From IMG/VR virus record IMGVR_UViG_3300046517_002304, positions 434,001 through 498,000 of that record: a stretch of DNA of 64,000 nucleotides, one strand, 5' to 3'. The number at the start of each line of letters is the position of its first letter. Positions within the stretch are counted from its first letter, which is position 1. A program made the translations under genes and the position numbers. Under the pieces are notes generated by a model. That model searched no databases. It saw only the letters and a list, made by a program, of their open reading frames with translations, and was not told where the DNA came from. Positions 36,939 through 46,084 of the stretch are shown here, piece by piece.

Positions 36939-37226
36939 TTAGAAGTACCCTTCTCGCTCAAGTTCCACGAACCTGAATTCACCAGAATTCATCATATCAG
37001 TAGCGATGGAAAGAGTCAATGCGGATTCTACGTAAATTTCAAAAATACCAGGCTGAAAAAAACTTCTAATAGTACAATTTGGAGCAAACGATTTTACTAA
37101 GTACGATCCATAATCTTGCTCCACTCCAAGCTTTGTGCAGACATAAAGCTTCCCTGGTCTAAACTTAACCTCGCGACCGTTCCAAGTAGTCGTTTCACTT
37201 TTTCTGAAAAAACCATCACTCTTCAT
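36939..37226 (-). CDS. possible stand-alone subtilase pro-domain-like (I9-type) protein
   Basis: FRPGKLYVCTKLGV...FEIYV...SGEFRFVE pattern. Confidence 0.4.
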   Translation of the reverse strand: MKSDGFFRKSETTTWNGREVKFRPGKLYVCTKLGVEQDYGSYLVKSFAPNCTIRSFFQPGIFEIYVESALTLSIATDMMNSGEFRFVELEREGYF

Positions 37227-37241
37227 AAAGACCTAACTTTC

Positions 37242-38864
37242 TTAAATAATTTTTTGCAACTTAGATGTCATACGCTCTAGTGTAGCAGAACGATCTTTTT
37301 TGTCAAGAACAACATTGATAATATACAAATCTTTACTCAATAAAGCTTCAGAGAAGGCAGAGTCTAATTCTGTTTCGGTGTTAACAAGCCGCCCGACACC
37401 ACGACCAATAATCTGAGGCAACAAGTGGTACTGCCAATTAGGAATATCGTTAAAACTACCGTCAATCAAAAATCGCTCTACCGTATAGCCGCCGTTATTC
37501 AGCACAACAATAATAGGATTTAGCTTATTGCTAGCTATCGTTGATATTTCCATTCCAGTCATCTGAAATGCTCCATCGCCAACCAATACAATCGGTCTAA
37601 CATCCGGTTTAGCAATCTGAACACCCAGGGCAGCAGGAATAGAGAATCCCATGGATGTATAAAATGCCTGTGATAAAAAGTTGTTACTGTGATGAACAAC
37701 TAGCTCATTAGAGCCGAATAAGCTGTCGCCTATGTCTGCAATTATTGCCATATTCTTGTCTAAAACAGCATTAATTTTTTCAAATAATCTCTTGACCGTA
37801 ATTTTCTCATTCTTAGGAGAAAAAACTGCTCTTGTCTTCATTTCGCCAACAATCGGAATTCGATCAGAAGAAATATTAGACTTAATTAACCCATTAACAA
37901 AATCTTGGAAAAGAACATTTTCATAGTAATGATTTCGCACTCCCATTTTTTCAGTAGTGCAAAATATCGTTCTATCTTTACGAAGAACAGATGGCTTAAA
38001 TCCAAAGTTAATGTCAGTAATCATCACGCCCAACATAATTAAGCAATCTGATTCCTCAACCTTTTGCTTAACTTCTGGGCTACTAGCATCCCCACAATAA
38101 ACACCTATAGATATCGGATGATTTTCATTTGTCAAACTCTTACTCAACATAGTTGTAGCAATGGGAATATTATACTTTCTAGCAAACTTGGTAATGACTT
38201 CGCCCATACCAAATCTAGCTAATTCAATGCCCGCCAAAATTACAGGGTTTTTACTTGAGTTGATCCAATTAATAGATTCCTGCAAAGCTTCCGCTAAATT
38301 TATCTTATCACTCTCTGTAGCTTTAGGAGAGCCGACCGTAAATGCATCATAGCTAATAGTTGTGTCCACCATATCTCTGGGGACTTCAATATAAACAGGT
38401 TGCTTATGCTGCTTCATGGCCAGAAGCACCCGATCAATTTCATAAGCCGCCATTACCGGATTATCTAATACACAAGAAGCGCAGGTCACATGTTTAAAAA
38501 TCTCAAACTGAGTATCATAAGAACCAACAGCATGATGCAGCGTCATTCCGCCGGCTCTCTCCTTTTTCCCGGGAGAACCGCTAATAACAACAACCGGAGA
38601 TTTTTCTGCGAAAGCGCCCCCGATAGAATTTAATAGTTTAAACCCACCGACGCAATAAGTGGTGCATACACAGCCAATACCGTTAACTCTGGCATATGCG
38701 TCAGCGGCGAACCCAGCGCACTGTTCGTCAGTAGTGCCGATTACAGGAAGAGATTTAGAAAACTGATTATACAAATTAAGAACGAAATCGCCAGGAACTC
38801 CAAAAATATGCTTTACACCACACTCTTTAAGACGAGAAATCAAAAATTGTGCAACTGTTGGCAT
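37242..38864 (-). CDS. TPP-dependent 2-keto-acid decarboxylase (indolepyruvate/phenylpyruvate/pyruvate decarboxylase family)
   Basis: FGVPGDF, DEQCAGFAADAYAR, LHH, GDGAFQMTGME...NNGGY TPP motif. Confidence 0.92.
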   Translation of the reverse strand: MPTVAQFLISRLKECGVKHIFGVPGDFVLNLYNQFSKSLPVIGTTDEQCAGFAADAYARVNGIGCVCTTYCVGGFKLLNSIGGAFAEKSPVVVISGSPGKKERAGGMTLHHAVGSYDTQFEIFKHVTCASCVLDNPVMAAYEIDRVLLAMKQHKQPVYIEVPRDMVDTTISYDAFTVGSPKATESDKINLAEALQESINWINSSKNPVILAGIELARFGMGEVITKFARKYNIPIATTMLSKSLTNENHPISIGVYCGDASSPEVKQKVEESDCLIMLGVMITDINFGFKPSVLRKDRTIFCTTEKMGVRNHYYENVLFQDFVNGLIKSNISSDRIPIVGEMKTRAVFSPKNEKITVKRLFEKINAVLDKNMAIIADIGDSLFGSNELVVHHSNNFLSQAFYTSMGFSIPAALGVQIAKPDVRPIVLVGDGAFQMTGMEISTIASNKLNPIIVVLNNGGYTVERFLIDGSFNDIPNWQYHLLPQIIGRGVGRLVNTETELDSAFSEALLSKDLYIINVVLDKKDRSATLERMTSKLQKII

Positions 38865-38875
38865 TATACTCTCTC

Positions 38876-39676
38876 CTATGTAAGAGATTCCGATGTTGGT
38901 GATTGTTGAACCTTGATGACAAAACTGCCATCTGTAGGAAACCTACGAACCCATTCCACGCCTTCGCCAATAAAACATCCATATTCACTAGGAGTAAAAC
39001 TAGTAAAGCTTGGTGTTGAAATTGATAATGAATTTACCATACTCATAGATGTCGTCATCTTTAATAACTTAAACTCAAAATTAAAACACCCAGGAACACA
39101 AGTATCATTAGAGAGCCATTCATAAACAAGTTGGCTTTTAGTTAAAACATTAGTAGAAACTGTTCCATCAACCTGAAGCTGATCTTCGTAAGTTAACTCC
39201 GTCTGAGCAACAGAATTCAAAACCCTAAATATTTTTAAACAAGTGCCCTTTTTATAATCGCCAACTGGTGTACCATTATACCCTCTAAGAACTTGCACCA
39301 ACTTAAGATTTTCGTCAAACCCAGTAATTAGCATCTGCTCTGGATTACGAACTCTACTCACAACTATAATATCGCCAACCAACGCCTGCTGAAAACCAAT
39401 ACCGTCTGCTAAAGCAAAATAAGTGTCTGTAGACGTAATAGCTGATTTAAGCTTCGCATTCGCCCACATACTCGCTTCTAATACAAGTCCAGTTAAATCT
39501 ATCGGACCATTACAATCTGAAATAGCAACTTTAAACGGAGGCTTGGTGTCATGCTGTTTGATCTGGAAATCTGGGCAACTTCCATCACAATTAAACTCAT
39601 CGGGACACCCGCCATTACAATTAGTTGAACTAGCAAAACTGTTTAAATTACTTGAATTACTTTGAGAGCATGTCAT
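38876..39676 (-). CDS. BppU-N-like virion/baseplate protein
   Basis: FQIKQHDTKPPF...GPIDLTG; TATATA 5 nt before ATG. Confidence 0.55.
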   Translation of the reverse strand: MTCSQSNSSNLNSFASSTNCNGGCPDEFNCDGSCPDFQIKQHDTKPPFKVAISDCNGPIDLTGLVLEASMWANAKLKSAITSTDTYFALADGIGFQQALVGDIIVVSRVRNPEQMLITGFDENLKLVQVLRGYNGTPVGDYKKGTCLKIFRVLNSVAQTELTYEDQLQVDGTVSTNVLTKSQLVYEWLSNDTCVPGCFNFEFKLLKMTTSMSMVNSLSISTPSFTSFTPSEYGCFIGEGVEWVRRFPTDGSFVIKVQQSPTSESLT

Positions 39677-39699
39677 ACCATTATATATCTTGCACTAAA

Positions 39700-40245
39700 T
39701 CAAGAAAATAATTCTGGCACTTGCAACTCCATAATCCCTATCTTATCTTTAACCCAATGAAGGTTGCCGCCATATCTCTCTATTTTAACGCTATGATAAG
39801 ATTTGCTTAAAAACTCAAAAGTTTTTTTATAGTCTTTAGGCAGACCATAAGGCTTTTTAGGTGCATATACAATCCGCCGAATGCCACGATCAAGTATGTT
39901 TACCACCGAGTCAGGATGAGGAATAGTAGTAATATACAAACTAAACGCAAAAAAATTAGTTTCCTTATCAGAAAGCGCTCTTAAAACCTTGATTTCAGCA
40001 GGAACGATAAAATCATAAATTTTTGGATTGTCCCAAGACAATTTAAACGGATTGGCAGCATAAGTTGGGACATCACCTATCGGATAGGTGAAAGCCATAG
40101 CTCTTATTTCTTCCTTATCCGCTAAAACAGCTCCAGACTGGCAATAAGGATCTACCGATGCCCATGACGCAATTACAGCGTGCATCATCATCCGATGATC
40201 TAATGCGACAATATCCCTGGCATTCTTTTCCTGAAACTGAAACAT
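39700..40245 (-). CDS. dCMP-deaminase-fold protein lacking zinc ligands
   Basis: SVDPYCQSGAVL, VPAE (for HAE), LYITTIPHPDS (for PCxxC), GIRRIVY. Confidence 0.75.
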   Translation of the reverse strand: MFQFQEKNARDIVALDHRMMMHAVIASWASVDPYCQSGAVLADKEEIRAMAFTYPIGDVPTYAANPFKLSWDNPKIYDFIVPAEIKVLRALSDKETNFFAFSLYITTIPHPDSVVNILDRGIRRIVYAPKKPYGLPKDYKKTFEFLSKSYHSVKIERYGGNLHWVKDKIGIMELQVPELFS

Positions 40246-41411
40246 TATTCCGTCTTCAGCAGGTAAGACTTAGTTTCTTCCGTAAGCTCTTTAAGCCACT
40301 TAACATAGGGCGTTCCACCAGTACCGGTAGGATTATCACACTTTTTCTGGATATAGTCAACAGCATACCCAAAGTGAATTTCCCGAAATCGGCATAACTG
40401 AAGAATGATGTTATTATAAGTAGCTCTTACATACTTGTCAAGTTTATTATTAATAATTCCATCTCTGATATTAACCGATGATCCTTCAAGGTGCGAAACA
40501 AACCCACGGTGATTCCTGGGCATATACTTTCTCATATCATCAAGATGATGAGTCAAAATAGACTGCTGATGCTTAACTCCGAAAGCTGCCAATACAGCAG
40601 GAACAATAGAACTTTGAGCACCCGTTTCGCCTCTAAAAGACTGCTCTTTTGCACCACTAAAGAACGAACAGCTCGGAACATTTTCATACACTACATTTTC
40701 AAAACCAAAAATATAAGGTCTAACCTTACGGAAATAAACATCTGGGCTACACTTTTCTGGCATCCTTTCTAAAACCGTATTAATCCCTTTAAAAGAACTG
40801 CATATAACCTCTAGATTCTCGGCAAAGAAATCATCATTTGGCGCTTTACCGCTATCAAGAAACTCCGTTAAATTATAAATGCTTTTCAGCAATCTCCCTG
40901 CCCTAGCTTCAATTTCAACATGAACTAGAATAAACCAATCTTCATCATAAATATTATTAAATTTTTGAATTAACTGAATATTACCAAGCGATATATCAGA
41001 ATTCTTATCGATTCTCTTCCAGTTGTTCAATGCATAATCAGCATACGACAAAATCGGCGGTCTACCAACAATCTCTGACAAAGCACAAAGAGGACGAGCA
41101 ATCGCACTAGGGATATGCTTAACAACTCCAGCTTGGCCGTGCACATAAGCAGATGCAAAATAAGCATAAATCATCCTAAGTCGGTTTAAAACACCGCGCT
41201 CTTTATGCTCTTTAAGAGCCGAATAAGAGATATCGTATATCGGCAAGGTGTCTAGGGTAATTCTTACCTTACTGGACTGAACATGAGAAGGTAATTCATA
41301 GGCCACCTTATCCAAATAACTAAACCCAGAACCACTGGGCAATCGCTCAATCGGGTCTGGGCTAGCAAGAAATCCTCTGTCTTCATGAACGGTGGGATAA
41401 AATTCAGTCAT
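40245..41411 (-). CDS. indoleamine 2,3-dioxygenase family heme enzyme
   Basis: RPPILSYADY, DEDWFILVHVEIE, VRPYIFGF, FRGETGAQSS, proximal His in FREIH, GTGGTP. Confidence 0.92.
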   Translation of the reverse strand: MTEFYPTVHEDRGFLASPDPIERLPSGSGFSYLDKVAYELPSHVQSSKVRITLDTLPIYDISYSALKEHKERGVLNRLRMIYAYFASAYVHGQAGVVKHIPSAIARPLCALSEIVGRPPILSYADYALNNWKRIDKNSDISLGNIQLIQKFNNIYDEDWFILVHVEIEARAGRLLKSIYNLTEFLDSGKAPNDDFFAENLEVICSSFKGINTVLERMPEKCSPDVYFRKVRPYIFGFENVVYENVPSCSFFSGAKEQSFRGETGAQSSIVPAVLAAFGVKHQQSILTHHLDDMRKYMPRNHRGFVSHLEGSSVNIRDGIINNKLDKYVRATYNNIILQLCRFREIHFGYAVDYIQKKCDNPTGTGGTPYVKWLKELTEETKSYLLKTE

Positions 41412-41800
41412 TGTGATTTAGACCTTAAAAAAGAAGGCGGGGAATTTGCGAGTGAAACTATACCGTCCATAGCAATATACTTTATTTTTTTTCTTTTGCC
41501 GATATACCGAGAAATAGGCCACAAATTGTCAAATTCTACCCAATAATAGCTATCATCGGCATACTTCAACAACTTTACAGCGCCGGAATCACCCTGATAA
41601 AAATCTGGGGCTAAAATCGCCATCTTATTAAAAAATACTTTATAACAAGACCCTTTGCACCAACTATAAACAAAAGCACCAAAATTCTCAGCATTAACGC
41701 CGTCAATAATTTCTTGCGACCAAAACCCTATATTATGCTTATGAAAAACCTGAAACGGGCGCATCGGGAGTGCTACTGGCATTTTACTTTCTCTGACCAA
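41408..41800 (-). CDS. hypothetical protein
   Basis: 130 aa ORF. Confidence 0.65.
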   Translation of the reverse strand: MVRESKMPVALPMRPFQVFHKHNIGFWSQEIIDGVNAENFGAFVYSWCKGSCYKVFFNKMAILAPDFYQGDSGAVKLLKYADDSYYWVEFDNLWPISRYIGKRKKIKYIAMDGIVSLANSPPSFLRSKSQ

Positions 41801-42360
41801 GCATAGTGGGTGCCCTTTTTACAAATAAGATTGATGCTGTTCGGGTTCTTATTAGAAATAAACCAACTACATTCTTCAAGACTACAATTTCGGTGCTTTC
41901 CTGTTGATACTTGAATTTTTTCTTTTATCCTACTAACCTGTTCTGGATATTTCTCCAACGCATCGCAATAATCAATACGCTTGTCAAAAGCGAACAACTT
42001 TTGTTCACTGAATAATCTAATTTTGGCTGAATGTAAATCGCTAAGAACTTCAAAGTCACAATTCAATTTAGCACTCTTCATAATTCTATCTAAATACTCA
42101 ATTTTGTCAATAGCTTTATAGAAAAACGTGGCGTACGTTGTTTCACCAGTAAAATCTCTAAAACAAGTCAGCAATTCGTACTTTTGATTTTTATAATCAC
42201 TGTAAAATGGCTGCAATAGGCATAAAAAAACCAAAATGCGCGATTCTTTCTCGCCTAAATAAATCTCCATCCACTTTTTATCTTCGGGCAGGAAGTCATA
42301 ATGAAGTGAGTTTTTGGAGTAAATTCTTAAAAATACTAAGTCTTTTTCACTAACACGCAT
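41773..42360 (-). CDS. hypothetical protein
   Basis: 195 aa ORF. Confidence 0.7.
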   Translation of the reverse strand: MRVSEKDLVFLRIYSKNSLHYDFLPEDKKWMEIYLGEKESRILVFLCLLQPFYSDYKNQKYELLTCFRDFTGETTYATFFYKAIDKIEYLDRIMKSAKLNCDFEVLSDLHSAKIRLFSEQKLFAFDKRIDYCDALEKYPEQVSRIKEKIQVSTGKHRNCSLEECSWFISNKNPNSINLICKKGTHYAWSEKVKCQ

Positions 42361-42886
42361 CGGCCAGTTCTGGTGTTTTCTTTGTTTCTTTAACCTTAAC
42401 CATTAATGCAGTCCAATCTAACGGAATTCCAACAACAACATCCAAATAAATCAAAAGTATTCCGCCGATTCTATTTTGAGGAATCCGCTTTGCCTCACAT
42501 TCCAGCATCAATTTACGAAGGAGTACCATATCATAGTATTTCCCATCACTAAAAAGCTCTCCACACAGCCTAAAATCAGGATTTTTATCAGCCATCAACT
42601 TAATGGCCTCATAAAACAAATCCACGGCCGTCACAAACTCAATCTGTTCAATAATATCAATTTTTTCTTGGGAAATCAACGCTCGCTGCGGAATAGCTCC
42701 GCCGCAATGCCATTTACGCCCTTCAAAAAAGTGCAAAATACATTCCTTCGCATGTTCATCAATTTCCGCCATTAAGTCAATTACGTTTTGCTCAGCGTCT
42801 GTCCATTCATCATCAAAATCGTCATAATCGTCGTCGTTAAAAACAGGGCTTTCGGAAATCGGCATTTTGTTCTCCGTGATGTTCAA
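42350..42886 (-). CDS. hypothetical protein with acidic N-terminus
   Basis: 178 aa ORF, first gene after promoter copy 3. Confidence 0.7.
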   Translation of the reverse strand: MNITENKMPISESPVFNDDDYDDFDDEWTDAEQNVIDLMAEIDEHAKECILHFFEGRKWHCGGAIPQRALISQEKIDIIEQIEFVTAVDLFYEAIKLMADKNPDFRLCGELFSDGKYYDMVLLRKLMLECEAKRIPQNRIGGILLIYLDVVVGIPLDWTALMVKVKETKKTPELADAC

Positions 42887-42898
42887 ATCGTTTACTTA

Positions 42899-42932
42899 AC
42901 AATACTCCAAAAATTTCAAAAAGGAAGTAAAA
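42899..42932 (-). promoter_or_regulatory. promoter class TTTTACTTCC-N18-TATTGT (copy 3)
   Basis: Exact motif and spacing. Confidence 0.7.
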
Positions 42933-42946
42933 TCCATAAATATTTT

Positions 42947-43417
42947 ATGAAATACCTACTTGCTGCATTTGTGTGTCTATTCGTTGCCGGTTGCAATGTG
43001 TCCCCATTTTCTCCTAATACCAAACAAGAGGTACAAAATCAAGGGGGAAGTATCGATGAAATAAAAAACAATACCAATGGTATTATGTCAGAAATTGGAA
43101 CGATGAAACAAAAATTGGATATTCACGCCAGTAAAATAGGCGAAATCCAAGAGGGGATTGCAAACCTAAAAGTAAAAATAGGAGGGAATGAAAATAACGG
43201 AACACAAATACTGTCCGGTGACGGTGCTCTTTTATCCATATTTGCCATAGCAGTGATAGGAATGCTTCTTTTCTACTTCTACAAGGAAAAGAAAATCACT
43301 AAGATATTGGCTACAGAAATCAAAAACAGAAACGATGTATCTTTACACGAAGGGGTGATTCGCGCAGCATCATACACAATGGTTGAAAAAGATGTTTATA
43401 ATTTATTGTATAAGTAG
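42947..43417 (+). CDS. lipoprotein with C-proximal transmembrane helix (u-spanin-like architecture)
   Basis: Start moved to ATG 42947: MKYLLAAFVCLFVAG-C lipobox, coiled coil, TM GALLSIFAIAVIGMLLFYF; TAAATA 4 nt before ATG. Confidence 0.6.
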   Translation: MKYLLAAFVCLFVAGCNVSPFSPNTKQEVQNQGGSIDEIKNNTNGIMSEIGTMKQKLDIHASKIGEIQEGIANLKVKIGGNENNGTQILSGDGALLSIFAIAVIGMLLFYFYKEKKITKILATEIKNRNDVSLHEGVIRAASYTMVEKDVYNLLYK

Positions 43418-43507
43418 ACCATTTAACATAGGCGAAAATACGCCGGTAAGCCAAATTACAACAATCAACGAAATAAGAGCGAAAAACCAAATTTTATCTT
43501 TTTTCAT
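43403..43507 (-). CDS. 34-aa membrane peptide
   Basis: MKKDKIWFFALISLIVVIWLTGVFSPMLNGLLIQ; GGAG upstream; below the track cutoff. Confidence 0.55.
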   Translation of the reverse strand: MKKDKIWFFALISLIVVIWLTGVFSPMLNGLLIQ

Positions 43508-43516
43508 AATCCACTC

Positions 43517-43618
43517 CTAGTTAATACGATATAAAATTAAAACACCCACAGCCAATGCTGTAAAAACCAAAACTGCTAAAAAAGCAGCCCCCTTCCAATC
43601 ATCGTCTGGCGATTCCAT
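43517..43618 (-). CDS. 33-aa membrane peptide
   Basis: MESPDDDWKGAAFLAVLVFTALAVGVLILYRIN; AGGAG upstream. Confidence 0.6.
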   Translation of the reverse strand: MESPDDDWKGAAFLAVLVFTALAVGVLILYRIN

Positions 43619-43629
43619 TATCAATCTCC

Positions 43630-43770
43630 TTAGTATCGTTCATCTTCGTAGTCGTCGTAAGAATCTTCTTCGCACCATCCACAGGTGCACCAATATAATT
43701 CATCGCCATTATAATCATACTTGCTAGTGGCAGTAATCTGACAGTTTTTACCACAATTAGGGCAAATCAT
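43630..43770 (-). CDS. 46-aa zinc-ribbon peptide
   Basis: MICPNCGK...WCTCGWC with acidic tail; ATGA-coupled. Confidence 0.6.
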   Translation of the reverse strand: MICPNCGKNCQITATSKYDYNGDELYWCTCGWCEEDSYDDYEDERY

Positions 43771-44072
43771 ATAATCTCATCTCCAGAAAACATCGGGAAA
43801 TAACCAGTCATATTAAACTTGGCTCTGTGTTTTTTAAGATCCAAATTCATTTCTTCTTGGCGGTCTTTTGCATACTGTAACGCTAATTCTACCTTATTTT
43901 TAGAAAGGCGAGCAGTATATTGTTCTCTACATAATTCTTGAACGTTCATCCCAGCCCTATGATTAAACCAAATATGCCATACTGGAACCTCAATAATATG
44001 CGGAATACCATTATTGGATTCAACTTTTATAACCATCTGGCCAGAATCATTTTTTTCTAAGAACTGGGCCAT
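43767..44072 (-). CDS. DUF433-like HTH protein
   Basis: GIPHII..VPVWHI...AGMNVQEL...LSKNKVELALQY. Confidence 0.6.
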   Translation of the reverse strand: MAQFLEKNDSGQMVIKVESNNGIPHIIEVPVWHIWFNHRAGMNVQELCREQYTARLSKNKVELALQYAKDRQEEMNLDLKKHRAKFNMTGYFPMFSGDEII

Positions 44073-44077
44073 TTTGC

Positions 44078-44263
44078 TTACTTCCTATTAGCTGATTTTA
44101 TAGTAATAGCAGAACATTCTTCGTCGTACCAATGCCTCTCATTAGGACAACCACAATGCCAACCTTCTATAATTCCGTCATACCAAAATGGCTTGCAGCC
44201 ATTAGATTTTGCAATTTTATAAATCAATTTATCGTGTTTGGTTTCTTCGGGCATTACTGACAA
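44078..44263 (-). CDS. hypothetical Cys-containing protein
   Basis: 61 aa ORF in tightly packed run. Confidence 0.6.
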   Translation of the reverse strand: MSVMPEETKHDKLIYKIAKSNGCKPFWYDGIIEGWHCGCPNERHWYDEECSAITIKSANRK

Positions 44264-44517
44264 TCCTCGCTAGAATTTTGCATATCCTTAACTGCACTTG
44301 CAACATCATCTAAAGATAACCCATATACATCCCAAAGACTTTCCTCTAATGTAACTAATCGCTCTAATCTTTCGCTCACACATCCAGTATGATGATATTT
44401 AACAACCCCAGGTTCATCTGAATGGCATAATGGAATGGGCCACAAATTAGGGTTTCCATGAAGACTATTACATGGCTCTCCGCAATAATAGCATGGCTCT
44501 TTATGTCCTTCGCTCAT
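44254..44517 (-). CDS. hypothetical zinc-finger protein
   Basis: CYYC...HxxC. Confidence 0.65.
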   Translation of the reverse strand: MSEGHKEPCYYCGEPCNSLHGNPNLWPIPLCHSDEPGVVKYHHTGCVSERLERLVTLEESLWDVYGLSLDDVASAVKDMQNSSEDCQ

Positions 44518-44807
44518 TATTTCACCTTAACATAATTGTTATCATCAGAGCAAACGGACAAATAATGAATTTCATACTTTCCGTTTTTTCTCTTAAATTT
44601 AACCTTATACCAAGGAGTTCCATGTTCATCAATTTCATCAATTAAAACAGGTTTGCCTCTAGCAATAATTTTATTGAACACTCTTACAGTATCTTTGTGA
44701 ATACAATATCCTGGCGTACCATGTAGAACTGGCAAAGATACAATCTTAATTGTATCGCCGATTTTTAACTTTTTATTCATTACAACATCGCTCCACAAAA
44801 TGGACAA
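44517..44807 (-). CDS. hypothetical SH3-like protein
   Basis: LKIGDTIKI pattern; 96 aa. Confidence 0.6.
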   Translation of the reverse strand: MSILWSDVVMNKKLKIGDTIKIVSLPVLHGTPGYCIHKDTVRVFNKIIARGKPVLIDEIDEHGTPWYKVKFKRKNGKYEIHYLSVCSDDNNYVKVK

Positions 44808-45001
44808 TATTTAATTTTAATAAAACTACTTCCACCATCTAAAACAGGCATGCCCCAACGATGCTTGCCATGCCACTCAATCCTTACCTCATACTGACAC
44901 GCGCTCGTAGCTCTTGCGAATCTTTCACAACAAGCAATCCAGCCGCGTTTAGGGGCCTGCGGAATACCTTCAAGGCATTTACTGCCATCAGGATGCTTCA
45001 T
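44780..45001 (-). CDS. hypothetical zinc-binding protein
   Basis: CC...YCPFCG. Confidence 0.65.
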   Translation of the reverse strand: MKHPDGSKCLEGIPQAPKRGWIACCERFARATSACQYEVRIEWHGKHRWGMPVLDGGSSFIKIKYCPFCGAML

Positions 45002-45004
45002 AAA

Positions 45005-45313
45005 TCACCCAAGTATGTTCCAGTTAGAGATAAACAAGAAGTTACCATTGTAGCCATAGACATCACCGCTGCACTCAATTTTATGACCAACTAACTGACG
45101 CAATATATCATCATGAAACGGACTTCCGCCTGGACGACGCATCTCAATATCTCTGTTGTCAAGGTATCTACTATTTTTGATATTAGCCAAAAAAACAGCA
45201 TCGCGCTCGGACTTACTGCCAATATCAACCTTTTTAAGAACAACATCTCCGCGGTACTGCATCACTGATGATGTCCATACCTCATCGGGATAATAATTAC
45301 GGCTTCTTGACAT
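45005..45313 (-). CDS. hypothetical protein
   Basis: Likely start at internal ATG 45313 (MSRSRNYY). Confidence 0.6.
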   Translation of the reverse strand: MSRSRNYYPDEVWTSSVMQYRGDVVLKKVDIGSKSERDAVFLANIKNSRYLDNRDIEMRRPGGSPFHDDILRQLVGHKIECSGDVYGYNGNFLFISNWNILG

Positions 45314-45584
45314 TTTGATCATACCCCTGCTTAACAGTTTTGAGATATGGGTACCCGGGACAGTTTCCGCCGTCGCCACAAGGCACACCAAGCATTGAAA
45401 TGTCTTGGCCGTTTTTCTTGTTCTTGGCTGTGAAATCTTTTACCTTAGCATCAATAGATGCTTTTTGACCTGTTAGTTTTAAACAAACGCAGGTCGTGTA
45501 ATTAATTTCGTCCAAGTACCTACAGGTCTTCGCCCCGCCGTAACGGAGACAGACATTCTTAAGCTGTTTTTCGCTAAGAGCCAT
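45297..45584 (-). CDS. hypothetical Cys-rich protein
   Basis: 95 aa ORF with several Cys. Confidence 0.7.
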   Translation of the reverse strand: MALSEKQLKNVCLRYGGAKTCRYLDEINYTTCVCLKLTGQKASIDAKVKDFTAKNKKNGQDISMLGVPCGDGGNCPGYPYLKTVKQGYDQNVKKP

Positions 45585-45586
45585 GC

Positions 45587-46084
45587 TTAATTCCTTGCTT
45601 TTGCAGGGGAACCAATTTTGTCAATTGTAATTCCAAAACTATGATCAATCTCATGGGCATAAACAGCCGCAAAATCTGAGACTACCATATCAACATCTTT
45701 CAACACAATTTCATTTTTAGCAATAATTTGCTTACCAATCACTCGGATGCTTTTATGACGAGAAACGACGTAAAACTTCAAGTTACCACTGGCATCTTTC
45801 AAAGATAAACATCCTTCATAAGATTCATACACTTCTTCGCCCACTGGCTCGTACCTACAGTTTACCCAATGCGAAAAGCCATGTAAATAGTTTTCTGAAG
45901 AAAGACTGTTTTTTATCACAAAAAGATTAAGCGGAATGCCAACTTGTGTTGCGGATAATCCAACGCCCTGCTCTTTTACGCACAAAACACTTAGCGCTGT
46001 AGCCAGCTTAAAAGCATCAACCAACTTGGTTTCATCAACAGCTTCAGCTAACGGAATTTTATCAGGAGCAACCAGCTTATACAT
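45587..46084 (-). CDS. def: peptide deformylase
   Basis: GVGLSATQVG, EGCLS, HEIDH all present. Confidence 0.9.
   Translation of the reverse strand: MYKLVAPDKIPLAEAVDETKLVDAFKLATALSVLCVKEQGVGLSATQVGIPLNLFVIKNSLSSENYLHGFSHWVNCRYEPVGEEVYESYEGCLSLKDASGNLKFYVVSRHKSIRVIGKQIIAKNEIVLKDVDMVVSDFAAVYAHEIDHSFGITIDKIGSPAKARN

Noticed and set aside
37242-41411. Complete auxin (IAA) or kynurenine-to-NAD pathway
   Set aside because: No aminotransferase, aldehyde dehydrogenase, formamidase or kynureninase in the window; only single steps are supported
42788-42946. N-terminal extension of the plus-strand ORF given in the track
   Set aside because: It overlaps the divergent gene and promoter; ATG 42947 gives a clean lipoprotein signal right after a late-type box
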